From: a bacterium
GTDB lineage: Bacteria; Actinomycetota; Acidimicrobiia; Spongiisociales; Spongiisociaceae
NCBI GenBank assembly: GCA_028821235.1
Contig: JAPPGV010000089.1
Location: 93,839 to 157,838 of the forward strand
DNA: 64,000 bases
Direction: 5' to 3'
Shown: piece after piece, positions 1 through 8,171 of the stretch
Position numbering within the stretch: position 1 is the first letter of the stretch
How the letters are laid out: each line of letters starts with the position of its first letter
Translations under genes and position numbers: made by a program
Notes under the pieces: generated by a model
The model's input: the letters and a program-made list of their open reading frames with translations, nothing else
What the model was told of the DNA's origin: nothing
Databases searched by the model: none

Positions 1-301
1 CTCCAGGAACCATCTGCCGGACCTCGTCGAGCAACTGGCGGTTCTTGGGTAGCTCGAAGTCGACGATGTTGCTCACGATGGCGGCGAAGTCCCGCATGGT
101 GTCCTCATCATCGGCCTTCGCCACACCGAGGGCCATCGCCCTGGCCAACTCCCTCAGGAAGACGATGTTCTGGCCGATGTAGAAGGCGAACTTCCGTTCT
201 GGAAGGGTGCCGGCGGCCAATTCATCCACGAACGGATGGTTGTGCAGCACGTGCCAGATGTCCCGGCAGCTGTCCCTGAGGTTTTCGCAAACACTGCTCA
301 T
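1..301 (-). CDS. TenA/thiaminase-II-like (heme-oxygenase-like fold) family protein; 5' end in window, 3' end beyond window start
   Basis: Minus-strand ATG at 299-301 preceded by GGAGGAGG SD. Translation MSSVCENLRDSCRDIWHVLHNHPFVDELAAGTLPERKFAFYIGQNIVFLREL matches the TenA N-terminal signature (HPFV..L..GTLP.E.F..Y..Q). The start overlaps the stop of the upstream amidohydrolase (ATGA). Open frame runs to position 1. Confidence 0.6.
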   Translation of the reverse strand, partial: MSSVCENLRDSCRDIWHVLHNHPFVDELAAGTLPERKFAFYIGQNIVFLRELARAMALGVAKADDEDTMRDFAAIVSNIVDFELPKNRQLLDEVRQMVPG

Positions 302-1896
302 CGACGGGTACCTCCTCCGATACGCCGGCCGCCATCGAAGCCGACCGGGCCGGTCGTCGTGTTGTACTCGTAGCCGAGGGCCATGGGCTCCTCCGCCCAC
401 GGGCGGTAGAAGTCGAACAGGTACGGCTCGACCTCGAACGCAAGCTCGGCCCACCGAGCCCAGGGCTCCTCCAGATCGAAGAGCCCCCTCGCTATCGCCT
501 CGTTGTACTCGTCCCGGATCTGCTGCTCGTTAAGGGTGGTGATCTCCCCGTTGTCGAGCACCACCTTGCCGGCGATGAGCACCGTCTCGATGTCCGTGCC
601 GTCGGCCCGGTCCAGGATCACGTCGAGGACCGGGCTTATGTAGAAGCGAGCAGGCGTATCGAAGACCCGCTTGCGGTCGAGGATGAGCAAGTCGGCATCT
701 TTTCCCACCGCCAGGCTGCCGATGCGATCCTCGGCGCGGGCGGCCCGGGCGCCGTAGGTGGCCGCGGATCGCAGGAGCGCCTCGGAGTCGAGCCGGCCGT
801 GCTCGGGTTCCGGGCCTAGGGGTAGCCGCTGGAGGTAGGCGCCCAGCCTGACTTCCTGGAGCATGTCGTCACGTTCGGAGAAGGAGATGGCATCGGTGCC
901 GAACGCCAGCCCTCCGCCGGCGTCGAGGATGTCGCGCACCCGGCAAACGCCGGTGCTCAGCCGTAGATTCGAGCCGGGGTTGCTCGCCGCCACGGCCCCG
1001 CTGTCGGCCAGGATCTCGATGTCGCGGTCCGTTGCCCAGACGAAGTGCGACAGCGAGACGTCGGGACCGAGCAGTCCGATGTCAGACAGGCGTTGCATGC
1101 CGGTGACACCGAAGCGCTTGATGTTGTATTGCATCTCGGATCGGGTTTCGAGGCAGTGGGTCATGATCCCGGTGTCGTACTCGGTGGCTATGGCCCGGCA
1201 CCGCCGGTACAGGTCGTTCGAAACGGCCGGGGTCCAGTCCGGAGCAAGCAGGACGCGGAGCCGGTCGTCCCGGCGGTCCCACGTCCTGGCAGTATCCTGA
1301 TACGCGGCTAGGACATCGTCGCTGGGCAGGGCGTAACCCATGGGGGAGTTGCGCACCTCTTCGGCCAGCTGTTCGGGCAGTCGTTTCAGGAAGTCCTCGT
1401 TGGCCTCGTGGACATAGAGGTTCTCATCGCGCAGAGTGATCCCGAGCGCGGTCCGCATTCCCAGGTCCTCGTAGGCCTGCAGAGCATTGTTCATGCCGAA
1501 GTTCTTAGGACCGGGCCGGCCGTAGAAGGCGTCGACCGTGGTTGTGATTCCGCCCCGGACCGCGGTCATGAGGGTGACGAGGATGGCCTGGTACATGATC
1601 TCCTCGTCCATCGGCTTGAAGACCGGATGTACGTAGATGTTGGCCCTCTCGAAGAGCATCTCCCAGAGACCCGGACCCAGCGCCGACTCAGAGTGGTAGT
1701 GGGCGGCAACGAATCCGGGCATGACGAAGTGGTCCTGCGAGCCGAGGATGCGGTCGAAGGGCCCCTTGGTCTCGAGTTCGGCCCTCGGTCCCGACTCCAC
1801 AATCTTCTTACCTTCGACGATCAGGGCGCCATCCGTGATGAACGCTTCGTCGGCAAGCGTGACCACCGGGTTGCCCACGATGAGGTATCGCGACAT
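298..1896 (-). CDS. metal-dependent amidohydrolase family protein (amidohydrolase superfamily, about 532 aa); paralog of the gene at 6543-8099
   Basis: Real start is the internal Met MSRYLIVGNPVV (ATG at 1894-1896, AGGACGG SD upstream), not the track start at 2184. Contains PGFVAAHYHSES (HxH metal-binding motif) and GTD...S near the C-terminus. About 55-60% identical by eye to the 6543-8099 product. Confidence 0.85.
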   Translation of the reverse strand: MSRYLIVGNPVVTLADEAFITDGALIVEGKKIVESGPRAELETKGPFDRILGSQDHFVMPGFVAAHYHSESALGPGLWEMLFERANIYVHPVFKPMDEEIMYQAILVTLMTAVRGGITTTVDAFYGRPGPKNFGMNNALQAYEDLGMRTALGITLRDENLYVHEANEDFLKRLPEQLAEEVRNSPMGYALPSDDVLAAYQDTARTWDRRDDRLRVLLAPDWTPAVSNDLYRRCRAIATEYDTGIMTHCLETRSEMQYNIKRFGVTGMQRLSDIGLLGPDVSLSHFVWATDRDIEILADSGAVAASNPGSNLRLSTGVCRVRDILDAGGGLAFGTDAISFSERDDMLQEVRLGAYLQRLPLGPEPEHGRLDSEALLRSAATYGARAARAEDRIGSLAVGKDADLLILDRKRVFDTPARFYISPVLDVILDRADGTDIETVLIAGKVVLDNGEITTLNEQQIRDEYNEAIARGLFDLEEPWARWAELAFEVEPYLFDFYRPWAEEPMALGYEYNTTTGPVGFDGGRRIGGGTRR

Positions 1897-2012
1897 CTGT
1901 CCCGTCCTTTCGGCTCGTGCCTCCCGGGCCTGCACCGGTGAAGCGCTGACGTCTCTCCCGGACCTGCCGATTTGGTCCGTCATGGCGAGCTTACTTCGGG
2001 CTTGGGAACGGC

Positions 2013-2092
2013 GTCTTGAGGAGGGTGCCGCAAAGACGAGAGGGGGTTGGCCCGCGATCCCGCGACCTGGGTTTCGTTGCCGGTGCCGGGCC
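2013..2092 (+). promoter_or_regulatory. conserved ~80-nt upstream element, copy A (candidate cis-regulatory RNA or operator) in the leader of the amidohydrolase-2 gene
   Basis: cttgaggagggtgccgcaaagacgagagggggttggcccgcgatcccgcgacctgggtttcgttgccggtgccgggcc is closely similar to 10393-10472. Both copies keep a GGCCCG...CGGGCC inverted repeat. It lies 58 nt before the ATG at 2151 and is followed by the CTCGGG...CCCGAG hairpin and the GGAGG SD. Confidence 0.5.
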
Positions 2093-2150
2093 TGGCGGAC
2101 GGTGCTCGGGTTAGGGTATCGACGTTGCCCGAGTCCAGAGGAGGGCGCCA

Positions 2151-3152
2151 ATGCAGATCGATATGCACACCCATGTGCTCGCATTGGCGGCCGATCCCGA
2201 GTTCTCGGTGGAATACGGCCGGGAGGGGTCGCTCTGCATTTACCGCAGTGCGGGGTCCGTGCCGACGCATCGCATGCCCACGGAGGACGAGTGGGAGGAG
2301 AGTGGCTTCTCCCGCAAGGGTTGGCCGATCATCGGTGGCGCCGAATCCATGCGGGACCACCCCGGATTCGACAAGATCGTCCTGCTGTCCGTGTCGCCGC
2401 AGTGGCTCGACGGCCGCTTGATAGGAACGGTCGACCCGACGGGCATCAGCGGCGTCGAGGGTCCGCCTCACCCCGAGAAGTGCAACGACTACATAGCCGG
2501 GCTCGTGCGTCAGGACCCGGCGACCCTGGTCGGCTTCGCTTCGGTGAACCCCGCCTACCAGGGACCGGAGGCGGCGGTGGAGGAACTCACCCGGGCTGTC
2601 CGCGAGCTGGGATTGTCCGGAGTGAAGCTCTACCCGATGTACCAGCACTGGTCGCCCGACGATCGCGAACTGGCCTTCCCCGTCTACCAGTGTGCTCTTG
2701 AGCTCGGGATCCCGGTGATGTTCCACCAGGCCGGATCAACGCGTATCGACGCGTCCCTCGGCCTGGGACGGCCCGCGCTCCTCGACGATGTCGGCAGGGA
2801 GTTCCGTGACCTCGTGGTGATAATAGCCCACATGGGAATCCCGTGGCAGGACGAAGCGCTCTTCCTGCTCACCAAGCACCCCAACTTCTACGGTGAACTC
2901 TCCTACCTGATCGCGGCCCTCAGTCCGAGGGAGTTGTTCACCTTCCTCCACAAGGCGGAGCCCTTCTTCGTTCCCCTGGAGAAGCTGTTCTTCGGTTCGG
3001 ACTATCCCGGGTTCCTCTACGACCCGGTGGTGCTGCGTGACAAGCTCCTCACCATCAACGACCATGCTGAACCGCTGGGACTCGACCCCTTACCCCGGCA
3101 CAAGCTCAAGGGCATCATGGGCGACCACGCGGCCGCCGTCCTCGGCTGGTGA
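2151..3152 (+). CDS. amidohydrolase-2 family (PF04909-like TIM-barrel metal-dependent hydrolase/decarboxylase)
   Basis: ATG start with GGAGG SD 7 nt upstream. N-terminal MQIDMHTHV (D.H.H motif), internal HQAG, IIAHMG and FGSDYP motifs typical of the amidohydrolase-2/ACMSD family. Confidence 0.8.
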   Translation: MQIDMHTHVLALAADPEFSVEYGREGSLCIYRSAGSVPTHRMPTEDEWEESGFSRKGWPIIGGAESMRDHPGFDKIVLLSVSPQWLDGRLIGTVDPTGISGVEGPPHPEKCNDYIAGLVRQDPATLVGFASVNPAYQGPEAAVEELTRAVRELGLSGVKLYPMYQHWSPDDRELAFPVYQCALELGIPVMFHQAGSTRIDASLGLGRPALLDDVGREFRDLVVIIAHMGIPWQDEALFLLTKHPNFYGELSYLIAALSPRELFTFLHKAEPFFVPLEKLFFGSDYPGFLYDPVVLRDKLLTINDHAEPLGLDPLPRHKLKGIMGDHAAAVLGW

Positions 3153-3243
3153 TGGGGGAGTTCGGTAACGGCAGACCGTAGCCTTACCCGGGTCCGGTCG
3201 TCGTCCGGATGAGCACGCGGCATTCCAACCGCAGGAGCCCCGC

Positions 3244-4023
3244 TCATGCGGTCCATCCACCGTCGACGAGAAGGTTCTGCCCGGTCAGGTAGGAACTCAT
3301 ACCGGATACGAGGAACAGCGCTGCTCCGACCATCTCCTCCGGCCGGGCGATGCGGCCAATGGGCGTCCGCTGGAGGATGGCCGACACGTTGTCCTCGTCG
3401 GCGAGATAGTCGCGGGTCATGTCGGTTTCCACCCACGCCGGACTGATGCAGTTGAGCCGCACCTTGGGCGCCCAATGGTCGGCCAGCACGGCACTCATGT
3501 GGATCATGGCCGCCTTGCTGGCGCTGTAGGCGACCTGGGCGCCGTCGCTCACCACCCCTGACAGCGACGCGATGTGGACGATCGAGCCTCCATTGCCGTC
3601 CAGCATGCGGCGACCGACTTCCCTGGTCAGGAAGAAGGCGCCCCGGAGGTTCACGTCGAACAACGCATCCCATTCCGCGGGGCTGATCTCCAGCGCGGAG
3701 GAGCGGTTCGTGGCTCCGGCGGAGTTGACCAGGCTGTCCAGCCCTCCCTTCCACCTCCACGCCGCCGCTACAGCCGCCGCTGTGGAGTCGAGTTCGGCGA
3801 TGTCCGCAACGAGCGGAAGAAACTCGCCTCCTCCGGCGCGTATCTCGTCCCCGAGATCGTCAAGGGCGTCGGCGGAGCGGGCCAGGCCCATCACCGAGGC
3901 GCCGGCCGCGGCCAGACCGATGGCTATGGATCGCCCGATTCCCCTGCTGGCGCCGGCCACTAGCGAGGTGGCGCCACCGAGACCGGGCCGTAGTAGCACC
4001 TCGAAGTGTCCACATTCCACCAC
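3244..4023 (-). CDS. SDR family oxidoreductase (short-chain dehydrogenase/reductase)
   Basis: 259-aa ORF with N-terminal GASRGIGRSIA Rossmann motif, NAG motif (NSAGA) and YSASKAA catalytic Tyr-Lys motif. Confidence 0.85.
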   Translation of the reverse strand: MVECGHFEVLLRPGLGGATSLVAGASRGIGRSIAIGLAAAGASVMGLARSADALDDLGDEIRAGGGEFLPLVADIAELDSTAAAVAAAWRWKGGLDSLVNSAGATNRSSALEISPAEWDALFDVNLRGAFFLTREVGRRMLDGNGGSIVHIASLSGVVSDGAQVAYSASKAAMIHMSAVLADHWAPKVRLNCISPAWVETDMTRDYLADEDNVSAILQRTPIGRIARPEEMVGAALFLVSGMSSYLTGQNLLVDGGWTA

Positions 4024-4083
4024 GAGCGCCCTCCCTGACCTCCGATAAGCTGAGATCGGATCTCAACCAGCGAGGAAACCCTA

Positions 4084-5526
4084 ATGGCCTTGTTCGATGA
4101 GTACGAAGACCACGACGCCCTCGGCTTGGCCGGCCTCATCCGTGACCGCCGGACCACCCCCGATGAGCTGCTCGACGCGGCGCTGGAACGGGTAGCGACC
4201 AGGAATCCCGGTGTCAACGCGGTCATACATCTCATGGAGGACGCGGCCAGGGAAACGATCTCCCGCGGACTTCCTCCGGGGCCGGTGTCGGGGGTTCCCT
4301 TCATGCTCAAGGATCTTCACGGACTCTGCGCCGGCGAACCCACCACCAACGGATCCCGCCTCTACCAGGGGAACGTCGCGGACCATGACAGCACCATCAT
4401 CGCGCGGTACCGAGAGGCCGGTCTCCTCCTGTTCGCCAAGACCAACACGCCTGAGGTCGGGATCAGCGGCACCACCGAGCCGGTTCTTTACGGGCCGACC
4501 CTCAACCCATGGGACAGGTCCCGCAGCGCCGGAGGGTCGAGTGGCGGAGGCGCGGCGGCGGTGGTCACCGGCATGGTGCCCGTCGCGCAGGCAACCGACG
4601 GGGGAGGCTCGATCCGCAGTCCGGCCGCCAACTGCGGGCTGTTCGGTCTGAAACCGACCAGGGCACGGACACCGGCCGGTCCCGACGCGGGGGAGGGATG
4701 GAGCGGTCTTGCCACGTACCATGTCGTCTCCCGCACGGTGCGGGACAGTGCCGTCTTCCTCGACGTCGCCCACGGACCGGAACCCGGCGACCCCTACACC
4801 GCGCCCGTACCCGATCGCGACTTCCTGGCCGAGGTCGGCAGGGACCCGGGCAGGCTCCGCATTGCTCTGTGGACCGAGGGCCTCTGCGGGGAACCCGTCG
4901 ACCCGGAGTGCGTGCTGGCTGCGGAACGGGTCGCCGGCCGGCTAGCGGAACTCGGTCACACGGTCACCCCCGCCGTGCCTCCGGTCTCGGGGGCCGAATC
5001 CCGCCGAGCGATAACCACGATCCTCGTGGGGCATACCGCCAACCACGTCACGCTACGGCTGAATGCGCTGGGCCGTGCCCTCCGGAGCGACGATCTGGAG
5101 AACATAACCCGGCTGGCCGCCGAGGAGGGGAACCGTCTGTCGGCGCGTGACTACGCCAACGCCTTGGTGATGGCTCATCGCACCGGCCGTCAGATGGCCG
5201 GGTTCTTCGACGAGTACGACATCATCCTGAGCCCCACCCTCGCCGATCCACCCCTCCCGCTACGCGGCCTCGATATGATGGGGGACGACCTGGACTACTA
5301 CATGGACAGGCTGTGGGGGCACATGGCCTTCACCCCGCTCTACAACCTGAGCGGTTGCCCCGCCGCGAGCCTTCCGATGCGCATGACACCTGACGGTCTC
5401 CCCGTAGGCGTCCAGATCGGCGCCGCCTTCGGCAACGAGGCCATACTGTTCCGCCTCGCCGCCCAACTCGAAGAGGCCGACCCGTGGTGGGATCGCCGGC
5501 CCCCACCGCTGAACACGGAGGACTGA
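4084..5526 (+). CDS. amidase (amidase-signature family enzyme)
   Basis: 480 aa. Contains the [11 protein letters not shown] and [12 protein letters not shown] amidase-signature motifs. GAGGAA SD upstream of the ATG. Confidence 0.9.
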   Translation: MALFDEYEDHDALGLAGLIRDRRTTPDELLDAALERVATRNPGVNAVIHLMEDAARETISRGLPPGPVSGVPFMLKDLHGLCAGEPTTNGSRLYQGNVADHDSTIIARYREAGLLLFAKTNTPEVGISGTTEPVLYGPTLNPWDRSRSAGGSSGGGAAAVVTGMVPVAQATDGGGSIRSPAANCGLFGLKPTRARTPAGPDAGEGWSGLATYHVVSRTVRDSAVFLDVAHGPEPGDPYTAPVPDRDFLAEVGRDPGRLRIALWTEGLCGEPVDPECVLAAERVAGRLAELGHTVTPAVPPVSGAESRRAITTILVGHTANHVTLRLNALGRALRSDDLENITRLAAEEGNRLSARDYANALVMAHRTGRQMAGFFDEYDIILSPTLADPPLPLRGLDMMGDDLDYYMDRLWGHMAFTPLYNLSGCPAASLPMRMTPDGLPVGVQIGAAFGNEAILFRLAAQLEEADPWWDRRPPPLNTED

Positions 5527-5571
5527 CTCTCCGATCACGGGTAGCCGGTTCTCACCGGCCACCGTTTCTGG

Positions 5572-6540
5572 TCACCGTCCGCTGTTTCGGTGGTGGTCTA
5601 GGCGGTACACGCGGCGGGTGTTCTCTCCGAGTATTTGGTCGATTTCGTGTTGGGGGATGCGGTAGCCCAGTTGTTTGGCCCATTCGGGGAGCATGCGGAA
5701 TTGGTCTACCCATTGTTTGAGGGTGAGGGAGACTTCTATGCCGGCCATGTCGGATCCGAACAGGATCCGGTCTGCTCCGATGCGGTCTCTCATCCATACG
5801 ATCTTGCGGGTTAGTTCGTCGGGGGAGATCCAGTGTTGCCATAGGCTCATGTCGAGGTGGATGTTGGTCTTGTAGATGGCGACGGAGATGGCTTCGTGTG
5901 CCCAGGTTTCGTAGCGGGCGGAGTGGCCGAGGATGAAGCGTAGGTCGGGGAAGTCGGCGGCGGCGGAGTCGACGTAGATGGGGTGTCCGAACTTGGATTT
6001 GTGCCGGCCTGCGGAGTGTCCTTGGTGGAGGAGTACGGGTAGGTCTCGTTCTAGGAGGAACCGGTAGAGGGGGTAGACGAGGTCTTCGTCGTCGGGGTAG
6101 AAGCCGTTGGTGGGGTATAGCTTGAGGCCTATGGCGCCCCATTCGTCTACTGCTGTGGTGAGGATGTCGAGGGCGTCGGGGCGGCGGGGGTCTACTCCGC
6201 AGAAGGTGTAGAGGCGTCCGGGGTGTCTTTTGGTGGCTTCGGCGCAGAGCCGGTTCTTTTCCGCGATGGGGATGACGCCTTCTTCGCCCAGGCCGACTCC
6301 GTGGTCCATGGGCATCATCACCGACGCGTCTACCCCGGCCTCGTCCATACGAGCCACCGCCTTATCGCCGTTGCCGTCGGCAGCCACACTCCAAGCCTCC
6401 GCGAAGTACTCGGGGTCGGACTTGGGCGGGTCGTACCAGCGCACCTGCCTCGCCCAGGATTCGGCCATGCCCGAGGACACGTTCATCGGGTTCCAGTCGT
6501 GTTCCATGATGTGCATGTGGCAATCCACCACCAAGGGCAT
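5572..6540 (-). CDS. amidohydrolase-2 family (PF04909-like metal-dependent hydrolase), second copy
   Basis: Real start is the internal Met MPLVVDCHMHIMEH (ATG at 6538-6540), 2 nt after the TGA of the upstream gene. The track's 565-aa ORF carries a spurious Arg/Pro-rich N-terminal extension. Motifs HQGHS and FGSDMAG. Confidence 0.8.
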   Translation of the reverse strand: MPLVVDCHMHIMEHDWNPMNVSSGMAESWARQVRWYDPPKSDPEYFAEAWSVAADGNGDKAVARMDEAGVDASVMMPMDHGVGLGEEGVIPIAEKNRLCAEATKRHPGRLYTFCGVDPRRPDALDILTTAVDEWGAIGLKLYPTNGFYPDDEDLVYPLYRFLLERDLPVLLHQGHSAGRHKSKFGHPIYVDSAAADFPDLRFILGHSARYETWAHEAISVAIYKTNIHLDMSLWQHWISPDELTRKIVWMRDRIGADRILFGSDMAGIEVSLTLKQWVDQFRMLPEWAKQLGYRIPQHEIDQILGENTRRVYRLDHHRNSGR

Positions 6541-6542
6541 GG

Positions 6543-8099
6543 TCACTCCCCTCTTGAACCGTTCCCCGTAAGGGGCGGATGCTTGGCGTTGTAAACGGCC
6601 GCCGGCTCCAACGGTGTCCGGGCCCACGGGCGGTAGAAGTCGAGGACGTAGGGGTCTACCTCCCATCCCAGGCGCACCGACTCGGGGTCGGGGTCGCTTC
6701 CCATGATGCGCGCAGCCGCTTCGGTGACGTAGTCGTGCACACGGCTGTGCGGAATGCGGGTGAACTCGCCGTCGTCGAACACGATCTCTCCGGCGACCAT
6801 GACCGAGGCCACGTCGGCGGCGGAGGCTCGGTCGAGGATCACGTCCAGGGGCGGGGTGGATGCGTAGCGTTCCTCCGGCCAGAACAAGCGGTCCCGGCTC
6901 AATACGACCAGGTCGGCTTCCTTGCCGACGCCGAGCGAGCCGAGTTCGGACTCGAAGCGGATCGCCCGGGCGCCGTTCTCCGCAGCGGCTCGCAGCACGG
7001 CCTCCGAATCGAGGCGCCCGACCTCGAGCAATCCCGGCGTTCTCTGCAGATAGGCGGCGAGGCGGAGTTCTTGGAGGAAGTCGCCGGAGTCGGAGAAGGA
7101 GATGTTGTCGGTGCCGAAGCACACCCGCCCGCCGCGGTCCATGATGTCCCTCACCCGGGCTATCCCGGTGCTGAGCCGGAGGTTGGAGCCGGGATTGTTG
7201 ACGGCCACCGCTCCCGTGTCGGCGAGTATCGAGATGTCCTCGTCGGTCGCCCAGACGAAATGGGAACACGACACGTCGGGCCCCAGCACCCCGAGATCCG
7301 CCAGGCGGCGCATAGCCGTCTTGCCGTCGCTCTCCAGCGCGTACATCATCTCGGAGCGGGTCTCGAGCACGTGCGTCATGATCCCCGTTCCGAACTCATC
7401 GGCGAGGCGCCGGTTCCGCACGTAGAGTTCGTCCGAGCACGCCGGCGTCCAGTCGGGGGCGAGCAGGACCCGGATCCGGCCCTCCCGGTGATCCCAGCGG
7501 GAGACCAGGTCCCGGTAGGTGGCGAACACCTCGCCGATCGGCCATGCGTAACCCATCGCCGAGGCGCGCACCCGAGCAGCCAGATCCTCGGGAAGCATGG
7601 CGAGGAACGACTCGTCGTCGGCATGGACCAGGGTGTTGCGGTCCCTGGTCACCACGCCGAGGGCCACCCGGACTCCGAGGTCCCGGTAGGCCGCCAGGAT
7701 CGCGTCGTACCCGAAGTTGGGCAGACCCGACCGGCCGTAGTTGAGGTCGACGAACCCGGTCTGGCCACCTCGCACATCGTTCATGACGTTGGCCAGTACC
7801 GCGTGGTATAGGTCTTCCTCGGTAACGGGGGTCCACATGCCATGCAAGTGGACGTTGGCCCGCTCGAAGATGTACTGGGCCATGCCCCTGCTCAGGGCTG
7901 AACCCGAGTGGTAGTGACCGTTGATGAATCCCGGAAGGACGGTATGGCGGCGCGATCCGACCCGCCGGTCGAACGGACCGAGGCCCTCCAGCTCGCGCCT
8001 CTTTCCGATCCGGGAGACGGTCCGATCCTCGACGACGAGCGCGCCGTCCCGGATATACCCCGGGGAAGCATCGCCGAGGACGACGAGGGGATCTCCCAT
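6543..8099 (-). CDS. metal-dependent amidohydrolase family protein (about 518 aa); paralog of 298-1896
   Basis: Start taken at MGDPLVVLGDASPGYIRDGALVVED (ATG 8097-8099), which aligns with MSRYLIVGNPVVTLADEAFITDGALIVEG of the paralog. GFINGHYHSGSAL HxH motif. The upstream 322 codons of the track ORF are low-complexity. Confidence 0.85.
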   Translation of the reverse strand: MGDPLVVLGDASPGYIRDGALVVEDRTVSRIGKRRELEGLGPFDRRVGSRRHTVLPGFINGHYHSGSALSRGMAQYIFERANVHLHGMWTPVTEEDLYHAVLANVMNDVRGGQTGFVDLNYGRSGLPNFGYDAILAAYRDLGVRVALGVVTRDRNTLVHADDESFLAMLPEDLAARVRASAMGYAWPIGEVFATYRDLVSRWDHREGRIRVLLAPDWTPACSDELYVRNRRLADEFGTGIMTHVLETRSEMMYALESDGKTAMRRLADLGVLGPDVSCSHFVWATDEDISILADTGAVAVNNPGSNLRLSTGIARVRDIMDRGGRVCFGTDNISFSDSGDFLQELRLAAYLQRTPGLLEVGRLDSEAVLRAAAENGARAIRFESELGSLGVGKEADLVVLSRDRLFWPEERYASTPPLDVILDRASAADVASVMVAGEIVFDDGEFTRIPHSRVHDYVTEAAARIMGSDPDPESVRLGWEVDPYVLDFYRPWARTPLEPAAVYNAKHPPLTGNGSRGE

Positions 8100-8171
8100 T
8101 ACCAGCGTCCGGCTCACCGTGGTCCTCTCACCCTGGTCCTCCTTGGGTGACCTGACCATAATGCCACCGGA

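Noticed and set aside
863-1941. Plus-strand ORFs 863-1300, 1045-1311 and 1408-1941, antisense to the amidohydrolase gene. Analogous antisense or frame-shadow ORFs occur throughout (e.g. 1721-2701, 1980-2726, 3017-3760, 4081-4773, 6579-7811, 12431-13543, 16201-17595, 18010-18936, 22951-24162, 31203-32474, 36304-37464, 37221-38711, 38850-39815, 44441-46126, 46574-47503, 49255-50421, 50484-51599, 53865-55304, 55280-56161, 58091-59446, 60054-61367, 61926-62777).
   Set aside because: They overlap genes with strong family signatures on the other strand or frame. They have extreme Arg/Pro/Gly/Ala composition, no SD or start context and no recognisable motifs. They are shadow ORFs expected at ~70% GC.
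1897-2184. N-terminal 96 codons of track ORF 298-2184. Similar long N-terminal extensions occur in track ORFs 5572-7269, 6543-9065, 14038-15426, 19309-20955, 21492-22436, 40541-42010, 44558-46351 and 54290-56038.
   Set aside because: The extensions are Arg/Pro/Gly-rich and low-complexity. They are not alignable with paralogs or family consensus. In each case an internal Met/Val start is preceded by an SD or forms an ATGA/GTGA overlap with the upstream gene. This is typical of open frames running on in high-GC DNA.
8100-8159. Alternative start MVRSPKEDQG (ATG 8159) for the second large amidohydrolase, associated with an AAGGAGG motif at about 8125-8135.
   Set aside because: The AAGGAGG lies inside that extension about 40 nt upstream of ATG 8099, too far to serve it, and there is no SD before 8159. 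The paralog alignment begins exactly at MGDPLVV (8099). Start kept at 8099 but flagged uncertain.
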